Of a stretch of 64,000 nucleotides of DNA, positions 25,471-39,740 are shown piece after piece (the first letter of the stretch is position 1; every line of letters starts with the position of its first letter). Source of the DNA: Eledone cirrhosa (taxonomy: Eukaryota); assembly GCA_964016885.1 (NCBI GenBank), contig OZ024740.1, forward strand, positions 99,076,001 to 99,140,000. Direction: 5' to 3'. A program made the position numbers and the translations under genes. The notes under the pieces are model-generated. The model was not told the origin of the DNA, did no database searches, and saw only the letters and a list, made by a program, of their open reading frames with translations.

Positions 25471-28400
25471 AATAATAATAACATTTGCTATCTTCAGGTC
25501 CACACAGCTCACCCATTGGTGGTCTTGCTATAATACAATTTTTACAACTAGGGTGGCTATCTGGTGATTTTCACTTATACTGAGTGGCCAATTGAGATTG
25601 ATCTGTATCTATTGCCATTGTGTAGAAAGATACATTTTAGGCTCCCATTGGAACTATCTCTGAATAAATTCAATTCACTTTGTGTGCATTCTGATATGCC
25701 CAGTTTCCTCACAAATCCTTGCAATTTATTGATCAGAAAGGCAGTAAATTTGAGAAGAAAGGCAGTAAATCCTTTTTTCTGTTACAATATAATGTGATTT
25801 GGGTTCCTAGAAACAGTAAATGTTTTTGTCCAAGCCCGGAAGCTAACAATTCAGGTGATTTCTTCAAACGACTTAAATCCCTTATAAAGTTATTTAGTTC
25901 ATGTTGACTAAGACATTCTACAACTATGACAGTCCTTTAAAAACACTGTCATTTTATTCACATATGCTTTCTTTATTCATAATTAATTCATCATCAACTG
26001 ATCTCTCTGGAAGTTCGCTGAATGTTGTGATAGGTTTTTCATCTTTCTCTCTCTCTCTCTTTGTCTACATCTATTCACTCGATTTTTCTCCTTCCCCCCT
26101 GTCCATTTGAATTAACTGCCCAAACCACTGGCATGATAACAAGGAAGAGTAGGGTAAGGAAGGAGCAATTGCATTTGTGGTTGGAACAATATCAATGACA
26201 ACTACAGTTATAGCAAAAATTATATATGCAAGAAATATAACATATCTATTGGTGGTGGTAATGTCAGCACAACAATAACAAAAAACAACAATGCTAAAGG
26301 GGTAGCAAAAATAACAAAAGAACAAAAATAATATGTTTTAGTTGTGGCAATGTCAGCATGGACAACAGTAAAACAATGAGAGGAGGGGTTAAAATAATGG
26401 CAGTATCTTTCATTGTGATGATGTTAGTGACAACAACTATAGTTTAAGAAAAACAATCAGCTATATTAGCCTCAGTTATAACAACAACAGATATAACGAC
26501 AACTAGTTGCATCAATAACTGCAGTAGAAACATCAACAGTTATACCAATACCTTTAAAGTAACACAAATAAACCACAGTTTATCAAGTTCAGCTGAATTG
26601 CTCAACATTCTTCTTGTTTGGCTACATATTCCTGGGAGGGTTGTGAGGGAAGAGTCCTTTCACATGCAGAGGTCTCCCTTAAATGACAACTGTCTTAGAT
26701 TTCACAACACTCTTCTTTATTCCTGCTGTGCAGCACTTGGCAGAAAACTTATCAATTGCATGACTAATGAGTTAAGTAATAGTGTCATATTTAAATTTCA
26801 GCCAACTGATCCTACACACACTGATCGTAATACAAAATTCCAGCCTGGCTGCGCATGTCAATCCTCTTCAACATTGCAAACAGTAAAACAACCCATGATC
26901 CATCACCAGCCACAAACATTTTGGTTTCAAGATTCTTGGTGCATCCACCATAATTAGCATCAATACTTAGGCTGTCATACAATGAACAATAATTAGATAG
27001 CTATTATAGTCTATTTCTATCCACTGTGAAACTATACTCCTTCCATTAGTAAGGAGGATGTAGTAATAAGAGTGGAACTACTTTACACATATATTCATGT
27101 TGTGTTTAGGATATTTTTAATACAGAAATATAACATCATTTTTTTCTATTTTATGACTCGGTAAGGCTGTTGGTATATTGTGCAGGTGAAGACCTGGATT
27201 ACAGCAGGAACTATGGCCTGACTTACACCCTTGTCTCCACCCTACCCCTCTTTCCATTAGCATGTCCTAACAGCTATTCTCATCATTACTACTACTACAC
27301 CACCACTCTCTACACTCTTATGCACCCTACCCATGCCTCCGTCACTAGCATTCCCTAGCAGCTCCTCACTGTTGCATCATAGTAGCTATTCTCTGCAGCC
27401 CACCCATGCCATTTCTACTATTATTCCTTGGATATTCTCTCCAAAACTACCCCTCCCCCTTTCTGGCACTGGTGAGTGCTACCCCACAACTTCAGTGTTC
27501 TTATCTCCATGTAAAATATTGGTTGAGACGACCTTTAGTTTTGCCATGGTACAGTAACTTCTCTTGAGTTGGTTATTTACATGATAAACACTGTAAAGTT
27601 GTTAGCGATTGAAGCACATCCAACCATAGGAAACTTACCAAACAAAGAGTTGGGAGGACTCTTCAGTTGTGTCAAGGACATGACAACCTCTCTATTGCAC
27701 ATGGTAGAATGTGAGACTGTATGTAAGCAAGATAACAGATCCCTAGCCTGTCTGGGAGGTCAGTAGCCCTGCTTCAGTACTGAATTAGTCTATGTAAACC
27801 CATGCAACCATTGCTAGCAGGGAAAGCAGATGTTAAAACTACTGTATGAATAAAACACATATTATTACTAGTGTCTCATTTATCAATCATAACAACAATA
27901 TATCATTATCATACATCTTCAGTTAACATCTGTTTTCTTGCTTAAAAATACTCATTTCACTCAAATGTTTATAATTATGCTATCTGCATGTAAGGTCAAC
28001 CAAAGCCTTGTGAATGGAATTTGGTAGATAGAAACTGTTCTTCAGTGGTAAACATAAATATTGCTTTGTTTAATACTACCATCTGAACTATGGGTGCATT
28101 TAATACAGTTCATACTGCAAGTTTCAGGCTTGCTCTCTAGTAGGAGAAACATTCCCCTTTCTACACCTCTCTTAGAATCCCTGAAAAAATGGTCATAGGC
28201 ATTGCCTTTACTCTTCTGATCATCTAAAATATATTCTACATAGTCGTCAAATACAGTATCAAAATTCATATTCTTGTATATTTTTATGTTATTTTATTTC
28301 AATTATATAACAATTCTCTCAAGTATATAAATCATAAAGAGACAGTTTTTGAATCAAGCTATTAATGGATGTCATTATTGACAAAAACTGCCTATCATTG

Positions 28401-28806
28401 ATGCAATTAATGTTTTCTTAATCTGTATGACTGTAGTTGTTATCATTGAGTATTTCCAACTGTGTGAATGTTGAGATGTATCATGAATTTGATTAAGCTT
28501 AGGTAATTGAAAAATATAAAGGGGAATTGGAAAACCTCATAGAAGATATGTCAAATGATTGTTATGCTTATACATAGCAATAAAATATAGCTTGGACTTA
28601 TTGCAACATGAGTATATTATGTGTACACAGTTGTTGTTTTAGTAAAGTAATGGTGAGATGTATAAATCTGTCTTAGATTGAAAATTGAAAATTATTGAGA
28701 TGGATAAGTTAAATTATTATTAAGTCAATTTGTAATAAATTATTATTAAGTCAATTTGTCTGCTTGCACATTTTGAGTTTGTCCTGTTCTCCGTGTATAA
28801 GGTGTG

Positions 28807-28844
<38 letters not shown>

Positions 28845-29300
28845 ATTAGAATTGGTGCTCTGAAATAGCGATATATATATGAATGTATATATAGTGTATT
28901 TTGCAATACACTGTATGCTTAATTAAAAGCATTTTGAAGACCATATGCTATTGTTTTGTACTTGTTGGTACTTATCAAAGCTCAGCACTCCTCCTGTTTG
29001 CTGAAAATTATGAATGTTGGATTCTTATAGAATTCCAGTAATAATCATGAACTGATTATACACAGTGGTTGGCGGTCCAGCAGAAATTGAAAATTAGAAT
29101 TGGCGCTGTGAAATAGCGATATATATGTGAATGTATATATAGTGTATTTTGCAATACACTGTATGCTTAATTAAAAGCCTTGTTTGCTGAAAATAGAAGT
29201 GACATTGTCACTACTTTAAAACAATAGCGGAAAGTCTTCAAAATGCTTTTAATTAAGCATACAGTGTATTGAAAATTCACTATATATACATTCATATATA
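28845..29300. mobile_element. Copy of the ~300-330-bp family: wrap-around tandem plus inverted part
   Basis: 28845-28930 is repeated at 29092-29178, and 29180-29300 is inverted. Confidence 0.8.
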
Positions 29301-29770
29301 TTTATGTATATATATATATATACATATGTTTGTTTGACATTTAGTTTTCCATGCTTGCATGGGGAAGATGGGTCACCCATTTCATGAGACAAGTCTGGCC
29401 AGCTGTCCCCACCATACCTTGCTCAGATGGAACTGTATTTTGGCTGGGATTTTTAGTGGGATGCCCTTCCTAACACTAACCATGTCTACTGTGTGGGACT
29501 GGGTGCCACTGTTATGAGGAGAGCCTGGACAGTTGGCCATGCCATGCTTTGGTCATAGTGGAGCCATGTTTGGGCTGGGTTTTTATGGCTGCTGGATGCC
29601 GTTCCTACAGCCAACCACATATACAGTGTGGAACTTGCTCAAAATGGGACTATGCATTGACTAGTTTTTACAGCTGTTACATGCCCTTCCTAACACCAAC
29701 AATATTTACCATGTGGAACTGGGTGGCACTGCTATGAGGAGGGTCTGGCGAATTGGCCAGGTCATACCCT

Positions 29771-32463
29771 TTTAGCAGTATTAGTTATAGATGTTATCGC
29801 CACTTTAGCAGGGTGGTAGAATCAGTGGTCGTTAGTTGCCAGTGTGGTAAGTGATAGTATCCTCGTTGGATTATCTTGTTGACATAGACGTGAGGGAAGG
29901 TCCCTCGATCTATTTACCATCTATTTACAATATTCCTTTCGTCAGGTCGCCAATTCCAGCAGCATGGATTAAAGATGTTATTGAGACACGAGTAACATAA
30001 CAACGACTTCAACCGCAGTAATTAGAGATGAAATGTTTGTTTATTTATATGGTTGAAGTTACAGATAAAAAGAGGTTACAAAATGGAATGTGCCATTGCG
30101 CCATTAAGCCGGCTAGGCTAGTGGTGCAATATCTCACTGTTACATTATGCGTGTTGCTGGCTCGAAGTTTCTGGTACAAGAGAGAGATTCTTCAAATCTT
30201 CGCGGGGAATTTCTTCCTCAGGGCGCGTAGGGATACATCCTCTTCTACTGGCGCTGATTGGCTGAACTGAGCCAAATCACGCACAGAGAATGTATGTGAG
30301 CCCGCGGAATGTAGGTCACTACATCATCTCCGACCAGATTTTCAGCCGAAAATCGATAACGAAGAAACCAAGGACCCACATATTATTAAATCAGCAAGAA
30401 CAAATGCTGAAAGAGCACATCAGTGAAAAAATAATTGAGCAGAAGGTTGCATGCAAGAACAAAAAATTAGGCGCTACGGGTCGTGTTGAGCCGCTGTGTC
30501 AAATGACCAGTTGTTTTGTTGTTTATACGTGACCGCCAAAGGTCTAACAAAAAACGGATAAAGTCTGACATGGGCGAAGTTGCTGTTCTTTCATTAAATG
30601 TTAATGGTAAGCGTTGTACCAGTAGCTGTGAACGAAGCTATTATGGTAGTTTACCAGTGCTGGCGAGAAAATGATGGCCCCCAGATGTATTGTCGAATGT
30701 GCTGTGGAGCCAGGAAAAAAAGGCTGGTTGCTTTGTAAAGAACAAAAGGCAAGTTTAATCTGTAGGTGGGTTGCAGTGTAAATTCCATAATTCGGGCGAA
30801 TCCACAGAAGTGGCCGAAATGCTAACAAGTCCAGTTCAATTTGTTGCTTTCCCAGCAAGTCGGGCAAAAACAACAAGACGGATGGCCGTCATGGACGATC
30901 AGTGTGCAACGAGATGCGAAGTCGTTTGAGTTCAGCTGCAATTAGTATTCTCGTGTTGCGGTGACTGTTTGAATCCAGTGGATTAAGCTCTGTGAGCTGC
31001 TAGCATGTGACAGCATCTCAACCAGGTGAAAAGGGACTCGCAGAATATTACGTTTGACGAACATATACCAAGAACATGTTGCTGTGTGATAAAAAGAATG
31101 TGTGCATATGCAGGCATGTAAAACAGCAAAGAATGTGAATGAACAAAAACCATGAGCAAGCAAATAGCAAAAGAGCTCAAAACAAGTAAATGCATTCTAC
31201 AAAGAAATATGTGAATGTAACAAACTGATAATTCAAAGTCAATCTAGGGGAGCAGAGAAATTGCTCAATAAGTTCAAAGTTTTTCAAAGTCAAATAGTTC
31301 ACACATCACCAGTGTACAGACACTAGTTCTGTCCGAAAACTGAAAAAGAAGTTTGTTACTGCCGTTAGGGGTTAGATGTATGGTGTTTTTGTGAGATTTC
31401 GTGGCCATCTTACCGTCCCGCCACACGGTAGTGTTGCTTATTGTTAAAGCAATGTCAAAGAATCTTCTGTAGAGTAGGAGTCACCAAATATGGCAGCCAC
31501 GTCTGACGCCATAATGGTGAGAAAAACTACTGTCTCAATTTCTCGCGTCCCTGTGGTAACGAGACAGAAGGTATGGTGATTGCGTCGGTAAAGTTACAAG
31601 CCGTTTCGAAATTTCCGATGTGTGGTGGTTGGCGTCGGTAAGGTTATGAAGCTGCCACTCACTGTTCCCTGTTTTGGTCAGTGGTTAAACAACGCTGTCG
31701 CTGCTGCTGTCATTGTTGTTGTCAAGCGTAGCCATGACATGTCGGTAGCCATCTTGAAATTTTTTCGTGGCGAAAAAGTTTTTGAAATACTGCTAATTTT
31801 TCAAAAATCATAAAAGGAATATTCTGGATTTTCGCAAGTTGCGACGTGGCAATAAAAGTTAAACTGAATGAATAAGAAGGGCTGCGTGATATTCTTACGT
31901 CGGTCACCACTTTAGCAGTATTAGTTATAGATGTTATCGCCACTTTAGCAGGGTGGTAGAATCAGTGGTCGTTAGTTGCCAGTGTGGTAAGTGATAGTAT
32001 CCTCGTTGGATTATCTTGTCGACATAGACGTGAGCGAAGGTCCCTCGATCTATTTACCATCTACTTACAATATTCCTTTCGTCAGGTCGCCAATTCCAAC
32101 AGCATGGATTAAAGATGTTATTGAGACACGAGTAACATAACAACGACTTCAACCGCAGTAATTAGAGATGAAATGTTTGTTTACTTATATGGTTGAAGTT
32201 ACAGATAAAAAGAGGTTACAAAATGGAATGTGCCATTGCGCCGTTAAGCCGGCGAGGCTAGTGGTGCAATATCTCACTGTTACATTATGCGTGTCGCTGG
32301 CTCGAAGTTACTGGTACAAGAGAGAGATTCTTCAAATCTTCGCGGGGAATTTCTTCCTCAGGGCGCGTAGGGATACATCCTCTTCTACTGGCGCTGATTG
32401 GCTGAACTGAGCCAAATCACGCACAGAGAATGTATGTGAGCCCGCGGAATGTAGGTCACTACA
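29771..32463 (-). mobile_element. Non-autonomous LTR retrotransposon (Gypsy-like)
   Basis: 553-bp direct repeats at 29771-30323 and 31911-32463 with about 9 substitutions counted by eye. 4-bp TSD CCCT at 29767-29770 and 32464-32467. PBS-like TGGTGACCGACGT lies on the minus strand just inside the right LTR. No long internal ORF. Confidence 0.92.
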
Positions 32464-33444
32464 CCCTGCTCACATCGGAACTGTTATTTGGGAGCTGGGT
32501 AATCACATTGGAGATCTGGCCAGTTGGCTGTGCCATGCCTTGCTCATAATAGTGCTGTGTTACTAGGTGGTCCTGCTATAAGACAAGTCTGGTCAGATGG
32601 CTGCACTATATCTTGCGCTTAGCAGGGCTGTGTGTTGGTTATCATGACTGTATTTTTGGATCTGGATAGTCACATTAATAGGGCGGTCTAGTCAGTTGGC
32701 CATGCTATGCCTTGTTCATACTGGATCTATGTTACTTTGTGGTCCTGTTATAAGACAAGTCTGTCCAGATGGCCATGCTGTACCTGCTCACAATGGAAAA
32801 CCACATCTTTGTGAGACAACTACAAGAGAAGTTCTTAACTAGAATATGCTACTATACATTCAATGATAGCCTGGTGGTGTTTACTTAAACTAGGTGAAGA
32901 TGAGTGGCTGGTGAGAGCTGTGTAAACCATGTAAAATGATGCTGGTAGCAAGGTGAGAAATGGCAATAAATTCAGTTGAAAGAGATGACAAGTTTCAAGA
33001 TGCTGTGTTGGAGAGGACCTTCCAACCCATGCAAACAGTAAAACAGATGCAAAAGGACCTAGACATACATACACCTATATAGATTTATACAAGTATAGGT
33101 TTATGTATGTTTATATATCGATATGTTCATATATCATTGGGATTAAACTTTATGACATATCTATACTTTGAATAAAAATATATGTAACTCTTTTGGTGCC
33201 AAGATTTCCTTCACTATCAAAACCAATAATTTATATAATTTGTCTTCAATTTTCATGTGCCATACACACACAAACATATATATATATATATATATATACA
33301 AATGGCAACACCTACATACTCACAGATATTTATATGAATATCTGAGCTTGTTTGTGTGTGTGAGATTATGCACAATTGTAAAACAAGAAAAAAAGAAAGA
33401 ATGGTGGAAGTTGAAAGAAAGGGAAATCATACTTGAATAGAGAA

Positions 33445-33546
<102 letters not shown>

Positions 33547-33753
33547 CATTATTATTACTTTGTTTCGTATTTTCTATTTCGTGAAACTTTCAGTGAGGTT
33601 AAGAGATATATATGTATATATATATAATAATAGCCTGCTAGAAAGTCAAAATTATTTAGTAAAAGGCATGTGACACTCATAAATTATAAGAGCAAAAGTA
33701 TTTTGGAAAGGAAAAGTATTTTGTGAAAAAGAAACAAAATTAGAAGTATAAAG

Positions 33754-33801
<48 letters not shown>

Positions 33802-34331
33802 TCTGTGTGTGTGTGTGTGTGTGTGTGTGTATTTATAGCTAAATAGATAGATAGGTAGATATATGTAGATATAGATAAAGATATCAATATATATTTATTT
33901 ATTATATTATACAATAAGTTTCTTTGTCTTGACCTTTTTATTATTAATATAGTAGTATTGGAAACATTTATATATTTTATTTATCTATTTGATTTCTTAT
34001 ATTGTAGAGGTCAATGTAGCCATTATATCTCATAGCCAGACAAAAAACGTTCATTCACAGTGTCTTCTTCCTCACGTATTGCATCTCACTCTTTCTCTAT
34101 ATTTTGTTTTTGCCTCTTCCTTTAATTCTAACCCCTTTTATTTGTCTCTTTGTTTCTTTTCATTCTCTTTTAAAAAGTAACCAGATTTATTTTTGTCTTT
34201 CTTTCTATTTTTCACATTTTCTAAGTTTCTGTGTGTAAATATATATGATTTGTATATGAATATATATTAGTATACATGTATTAGTATACATAAGTGTGTG
34301 TGCATATGTAGAAGATGATGGGGTAACGATG

Positions 34332-34378
<47 letters not shown>

Positions 34379-34524
34379 GTAGTTGTGTCTCATATATGGG
34401 AATATATTATACGTTGGTAAAACATTATCTGATATAGAGCTCGACATGAAATGCAGAGACAATGTTTTATATCCTAAAAAGTGACAGTTGTTTAAAGTTT
34501 CAACTTTAGTTGCTCTCCCTCTCT

Positions 34525-34640
<116 letters not shown>

Positions 34641-35819
34641 CCATCAATTATTTGCAAATCTCTGAGGTTAAACTCTTTGTTTTACAACCATGTGATCTTT
34701 AGATCTATTTCAGTGCATGACACTTTGAACGAGTGCCTTCCATTATGCGCTCTGGCCAGCCAATGACCTGGGAGGAAATTTGGTAGGCAGAAACTGTATA
34801 TGTGTGTTTGTATGAATACATGCCTGTGTGTTTGTTTATCTCTTCTTTTCATATTTGACATCACAGGCAATGATAGTTTTCCTTCCACACAAGCAAAGAT
34901 CCTATACTCAGAACACAGACATATGAAGACCTGTATCTTACCTTAAAGATGAGAGTTGGTACTAGGAAAATGCATCAAACCATAGTATTCAGCCTGCCTT
35001 TATTTTATCATTCATTTTATCATTTCCAGGTAAATAAGATAGTTGCTGTAGCTGATTTAATGAACTGTTCTCTAGAATGATGTCCCCAGCATGGGCTCAG
35101 TCCTATGATTTACACTAGAAAATAATTGTAAACTTTTTTGTTGCCATCATGGATTTACATTAATATCATTAGAAATATACTTTAGTAACAGAGTAGTTGT
35201 AGAATTAAAGTTCAATATCCCCACACAGCCCTTTGTGCTTTTAGTGGAGTTCTCTCTACTGAAAACGATTTGACCAAGTCTTTAGTTTGAGCATATCTGT
35301 GTCCCTATTACCAAGACTCTGAAAATGGTCATGGATACTCTCTTCCAACTGTCTAAAGAATAACAAATTTATATTCAACATTGTTCTTTAAACTTTTTAT
35401 TATTTCAGCATTGCTTTTGTGTAGCTATGTATAAGATTAGTATCTATGTTCTTTAGACAACAATTTAAAGATGTCATTAATTGGTAGAAATAGCAATAAA
35501 ATCTCCCGCAAATCTTATTGACAGAACACACGGGATAGACACACTATATCTGAATTGCCTCAGTTTTCAAAACCATTTTAGATACATACTAAATCATTGA
35601 TGTTTACAAATTTTAGGTTTACAATCTCTGATATTTCATGGACAGCTCATACATATAATTGGCTGGACAGAAAGTTCCTGTCACTTTTTAAAAGAGCTTT
35701 CAGGAAATGTTGAAGGTTGAGCATGCATGCATATATAAGAAGTGATGTTGATATGCGCTATGTGCATTTCTTATTTTCTGTTACGTTGTCAAGAACATTT
35801 TATCCAACTTAATATCACC

Positions 35820-36195
35820 ATTGTCATCATCATCATCATCACCATTTAACGTTCATTTTTTTTCCATTCTAGCATGGGTTAGACATGTTGTCTCTTCAAG
35901 ACAAGCCAGATCAGATAGCAGAGTCTTGCTCAAACAGAACTGATTTTGGCTTAGTTTCTATGGCTGGATGCCCATCATAATGCTAACAATTTTTACTGCG
36001 TGTACTGGATGCTTTTTATTTGACACCAACATGACCACTTTATAGTGTAACTGTGTGCTTTTTGTTGTGTCAACTACACAGCCACTTTACAGTGTGGACT
36101 AGGCACTTTTTGTCATGTCACCAAATGCCCATTTTATAGAATGGGCTGGGTGCTTTTTGTCAAAGCACCAAAATGACCTCTTTACAGAGTAGACT
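35820..36195 (-). mobile_element. RTE-derived bipartite non-autonomous element
   Basis: (GAT)n tail, AACCCATGCTAGAATGG 3' end, GGGCATCCAGCCATAGAAAC motif and tandem CCAGTCCACACTGTAAAGTGG units. Confidence 0.7.
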
Positions 36196-36759
36196 GTAGG
36201 CTGAGGTTGAGCAGGTACATGGGTATTAGGAAGGTAGATCTAGGTTGGGGTGGGAGACTTATCTGCTGAAGGTGGTGTTCGAGTGTAGGAGGTGTATGGA
36301 AGGTGGTTCATACTAGATGTATGTGCACATGGGAAGGCAAGCTGTCTGTATTAGTATATAATGCCAGAGATCCAACATATCATTACCAAATATCCTCAAT
36401 TTTAGACTTCCTTTTTACAGATTATATCATATACTTCAGCTGCTGATCAATTTCTGTCCATCTACAAAACACAAAATTCAACTACATTGAAGTACTTCTC
36501 ACATAGCTGGTTCTGTTACTTATTTGATTCTGTTACTTAAACAACTTATTTTTTACTAATTGCTCATGGAGTGACTGGCTGTGCTCATCAGCTTTTTTGA
36601 GGATGGAATACTTATTTAATTAAATTCTTTCAACAAAATGGACTTCATTAAAGAGAAGCCAAATCTAGTCCTAGTGTATAAAGGGGCCTATTCAAGTCAA
36701 CGTAAGCCAGTTAAGACAGTTAATTATTTCATTAAATAGATTATTCACTACTTTGACAA

Positions 36760-37530
36760 TAACAAACAACCAAATAAATTTCAGTGCAGAAGTAAATGAT
36801 AAAGTAGAAAATCAAACATTCCAGTTGTCTTCCTGTTTTTTCTACAACATCTACAACGGTACGCGATGGGGCCCACCCACAGCCCCGGTGGACAGAATGG
36901 AGAAGGCGTTTCCTTGGAGGACGGCAAGGGAGACGTGCTGGAAAAGTCACTCCAACTTGCGGGGCTCACACCTGTGGCTGGCCAGCTTAGTGCCTATGGT
37001 GGTGAGTAAGTAGGCAGCCCTGGGGCCGAGGACACCAGAAGTCTCCACTGCCAGGGGTACGACTGCAAACCTGTCGGAGAGCGACCGGTATTTGAGGAGT
37101 TTGGTCCCCTCAGCCTGACGTGCAGCAGAACCTGGGTCAGTCGCAGACTGCACCAGGTTGCGGCTGCAGAAAGTGTCGGTGCCAGTGGCATCCTAGATGA
37201 GGGCTTTGGCACCACGGAACGGGAAGATGGTCATGCCATATGGCCTTTCGCCATCCACTCGATCCATCCCCACCGGCTCGAGCTAGGAAGAGAATCCTGC
37301 AGCGTTCAAGCCATGCTTAATGACCTCGTTGAGGACAGCATGGAATGCAGTCAGCACTGTGGCGATAGGAAAGTAGGTGGAGGCTGGTGGCCTCCAAACC
37401 CCACAGTGGTGCCTGGCTCCATGCTCTGCCCTCCTTCTCCACTGGCACGCAGCTAGACAACCATAGCCTGCGCATCGGCGTTTCCCTGAGGCTCGGCCTC
37501 CGGATCTGCCAGCCACACCTATGTCACTGC
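36760..37530 (-). mobile_element. CRE-like non-LTR retrotransposon 3' fragment (restriction-like endonuclease) with inverted 5' part
   Basis: Minus: HAVLNEVIKHGL...EPVGMDRVDGERPYGMTIFP...AARQAEGTKLLKY...PLAVETSGVLG...FQHVSLAVLQGNA, stop at 36851-36853. Plus (~37380-37530): [10 protein letters not shown]...[20 protein letters not shown]. Confidence 0.8.
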
Positions 37531-38774
37531 AGTTCCACCATGCTAGTGCTATGTTGGTTGATGGCTTATGTCAGTAATGTTATTAATACTGGACACATTT
37601 TCAAAGATGACAGCATGCAGTAGTATTATTTGTGGTTAGGCTAGGCCAAACCAGAGGAGAAAAGGAGTGTTTGGGATGGGCCTATTTAAGTTCCAGTTCT
37701 TTTATTTTGCACTGATACATGTACATACAATATGCACCTTATATATAAATGCATATACATACAGTCTATATATGGGTTATATGTTTACTAAAATAAGCAG
37801 TTTGAAATTGCATCTATCACCAGCTTTGGAGACCTACTTTTTTCATGAGGCCAAAACTGAATACAATCTTTACATGTGTTTGTCTATGGTAAAACACCTT
37901 TCTAAGATTAAATCAATTAATAATCATAATCAATTCTTCTGCCTAATTTATGATTGCTACGTTAATAGGCTATTTTCCTATTTTAGATACACATTGATTG
38001 ACTAGAAACAAATAGAAAGAATGTTACTCTACCTCTACAATCATAACGTGATAAATGAATGAAGAAACCAATATAACTTTATAGACTTCTTCAAGAATCT
38101 TCTGGCAGAGATTATGACAGTACAGACATTAAACTTGCTGGTATATTTCTTCATAATTCAGTTATATATTGTGAAATCAATATTTCTAAAGAGAAATTAA
38201 TTGTTATGCATGGGTTGTTTGGCATTAATCAGTATTTTGAAAATATTATGATTCATATTTTTACATAAGATGAATTTAAATTATATCCTGTCAGTTATAT
38301 AATTCATAATTACTAAGAACTAAATTAATTGAGACAGTCCGACAATGTGATACAAGTAACATTTATTTTTACCCCATAAAATAACAATATTTCAACCATG
38401 AAATATTTTGTTAACCAAATACAGTACTGTGTAATTAATATAATATAGTTAATAATATTTAACATTTTTTCCATTTTTGCACACTGCACTTGTAGTATGA
38501 ATGTGTTGTCAAATAATCAGCATTAATTACTCTGAAAATAAAAAAAAAAGAAAGAAAACATTTTTGTCCCAAGAATGAAAATATCTGATTCTGGTACTAG
38601 AAAATATCTGATTCTTACACTGAGTACAAATAAGTTTGTAACATTTCCCATTCCTCTATTAGATCAGCCTTAGTATGATACGTATTTTAAGTTTTAAATG
38701 TTCATATAGATGTACTTTTATTAAATCTTATCAAACAGATAAATCTTTTGTTTGACAAATATCATGGTTAGATT

Positions 38775-39740
38775 TTCTGCTGAAATTGGCCTCTATTCTG
38801 TCTTTCTTAAGAGTCCTACTGTAGTCAGCAAACATACTGGGGTTCTACTTGCCTTGGTAACACTTTTCCATGGCAGAAATATCTTGATAAAAATGTTTAT
38901 CATGCTCTTGCTTATCGAACGTACGGTTTTGGGAAAAAAAAGTACAATTGAGAATCAAAGAAATAAACCTATGATGTCATTTTGTACTTCATTGCTTGAT
39001 ATAGCTTAACAAGGTAACCTACTGTTTCAGAATAATTTCTGGCCCTTATTCAGATCCTTTTAAATTATTTGCCAAACTTCAAATTTCTGATGTTTTAAAC
39101 ATTACTTTATCTGAGTTGTTTCTTTATTATCGGCACCACTGATCTAAGAAAGATGATCTCTTGATTATTTGAATCCAATTTGTAACTTATCTATTGTTTT
39201 AGCAATTTGTTTCTTTTTTGTAAGCTTGATATACAAAGAAGGAGTAAACACTTTTTCTGGATCAACAAGCGAACCTCTCAAAACATTTTCCTTGTCCAGA
39301 AGAAAGTGAGATAAATATTAGCAAATTATACTAAATATAGGATTTTTCTTGGCCTTTTTATATCACATACATACAAGAACAATAAAACAATTGTTGTAAA
39401 CCTACCTAAAGTGTCATGACCTGCAGATCTAGATAAATATTGCACTTATATTTCTGATACTGAACCCTTCTAAAAATTACCTTTGTGTTAGTCTATGACT
39501 TTTTCATGTTTGCGGCATATGTACTGGGTACAGCAGGGAATATATTTCTATTAGAAATGACAAATTTTAAGTTGATCTTTGAGGAATCATGAACAATTAT
39601 CACATGTCCTTGTAATGTTAATGATCGACAGTCCATAACATCAAAATTAATATGGCTGATTATTTATAATCTTCAGCACAATCAAAATGACTAATTAATG
39701 ATGACTAATTAATCTCGATGAATTGCAGTTGTTTAGTCCT
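38775..39740 (-). pseudogene. Heavily decayed DNA transposase, Chapaev3-like (CMC group)
   Basis: Manual translation gives ENVLRGSLVDPEKVFTPSLYIKLTKKKQIAKTIDK (compare PLVDPxKVLLPPLHIKLGLMKQFVKALDK) and FYQDISAMEKCYQGK*NPSMFADY (compare ERFHQDIxxMEKRYQGKWxxxMLADYCW). The superfamily name is assigned from memory. Confidence 0.7.

Noticed and set aside
30028-32410. Duplicated 80-aa ORF (30028-30270 and 32168-32410) as a gene pair
   Set aside because: It lies within the two LTRs, antisense to the inferred element orientation, with no recognisable domain.
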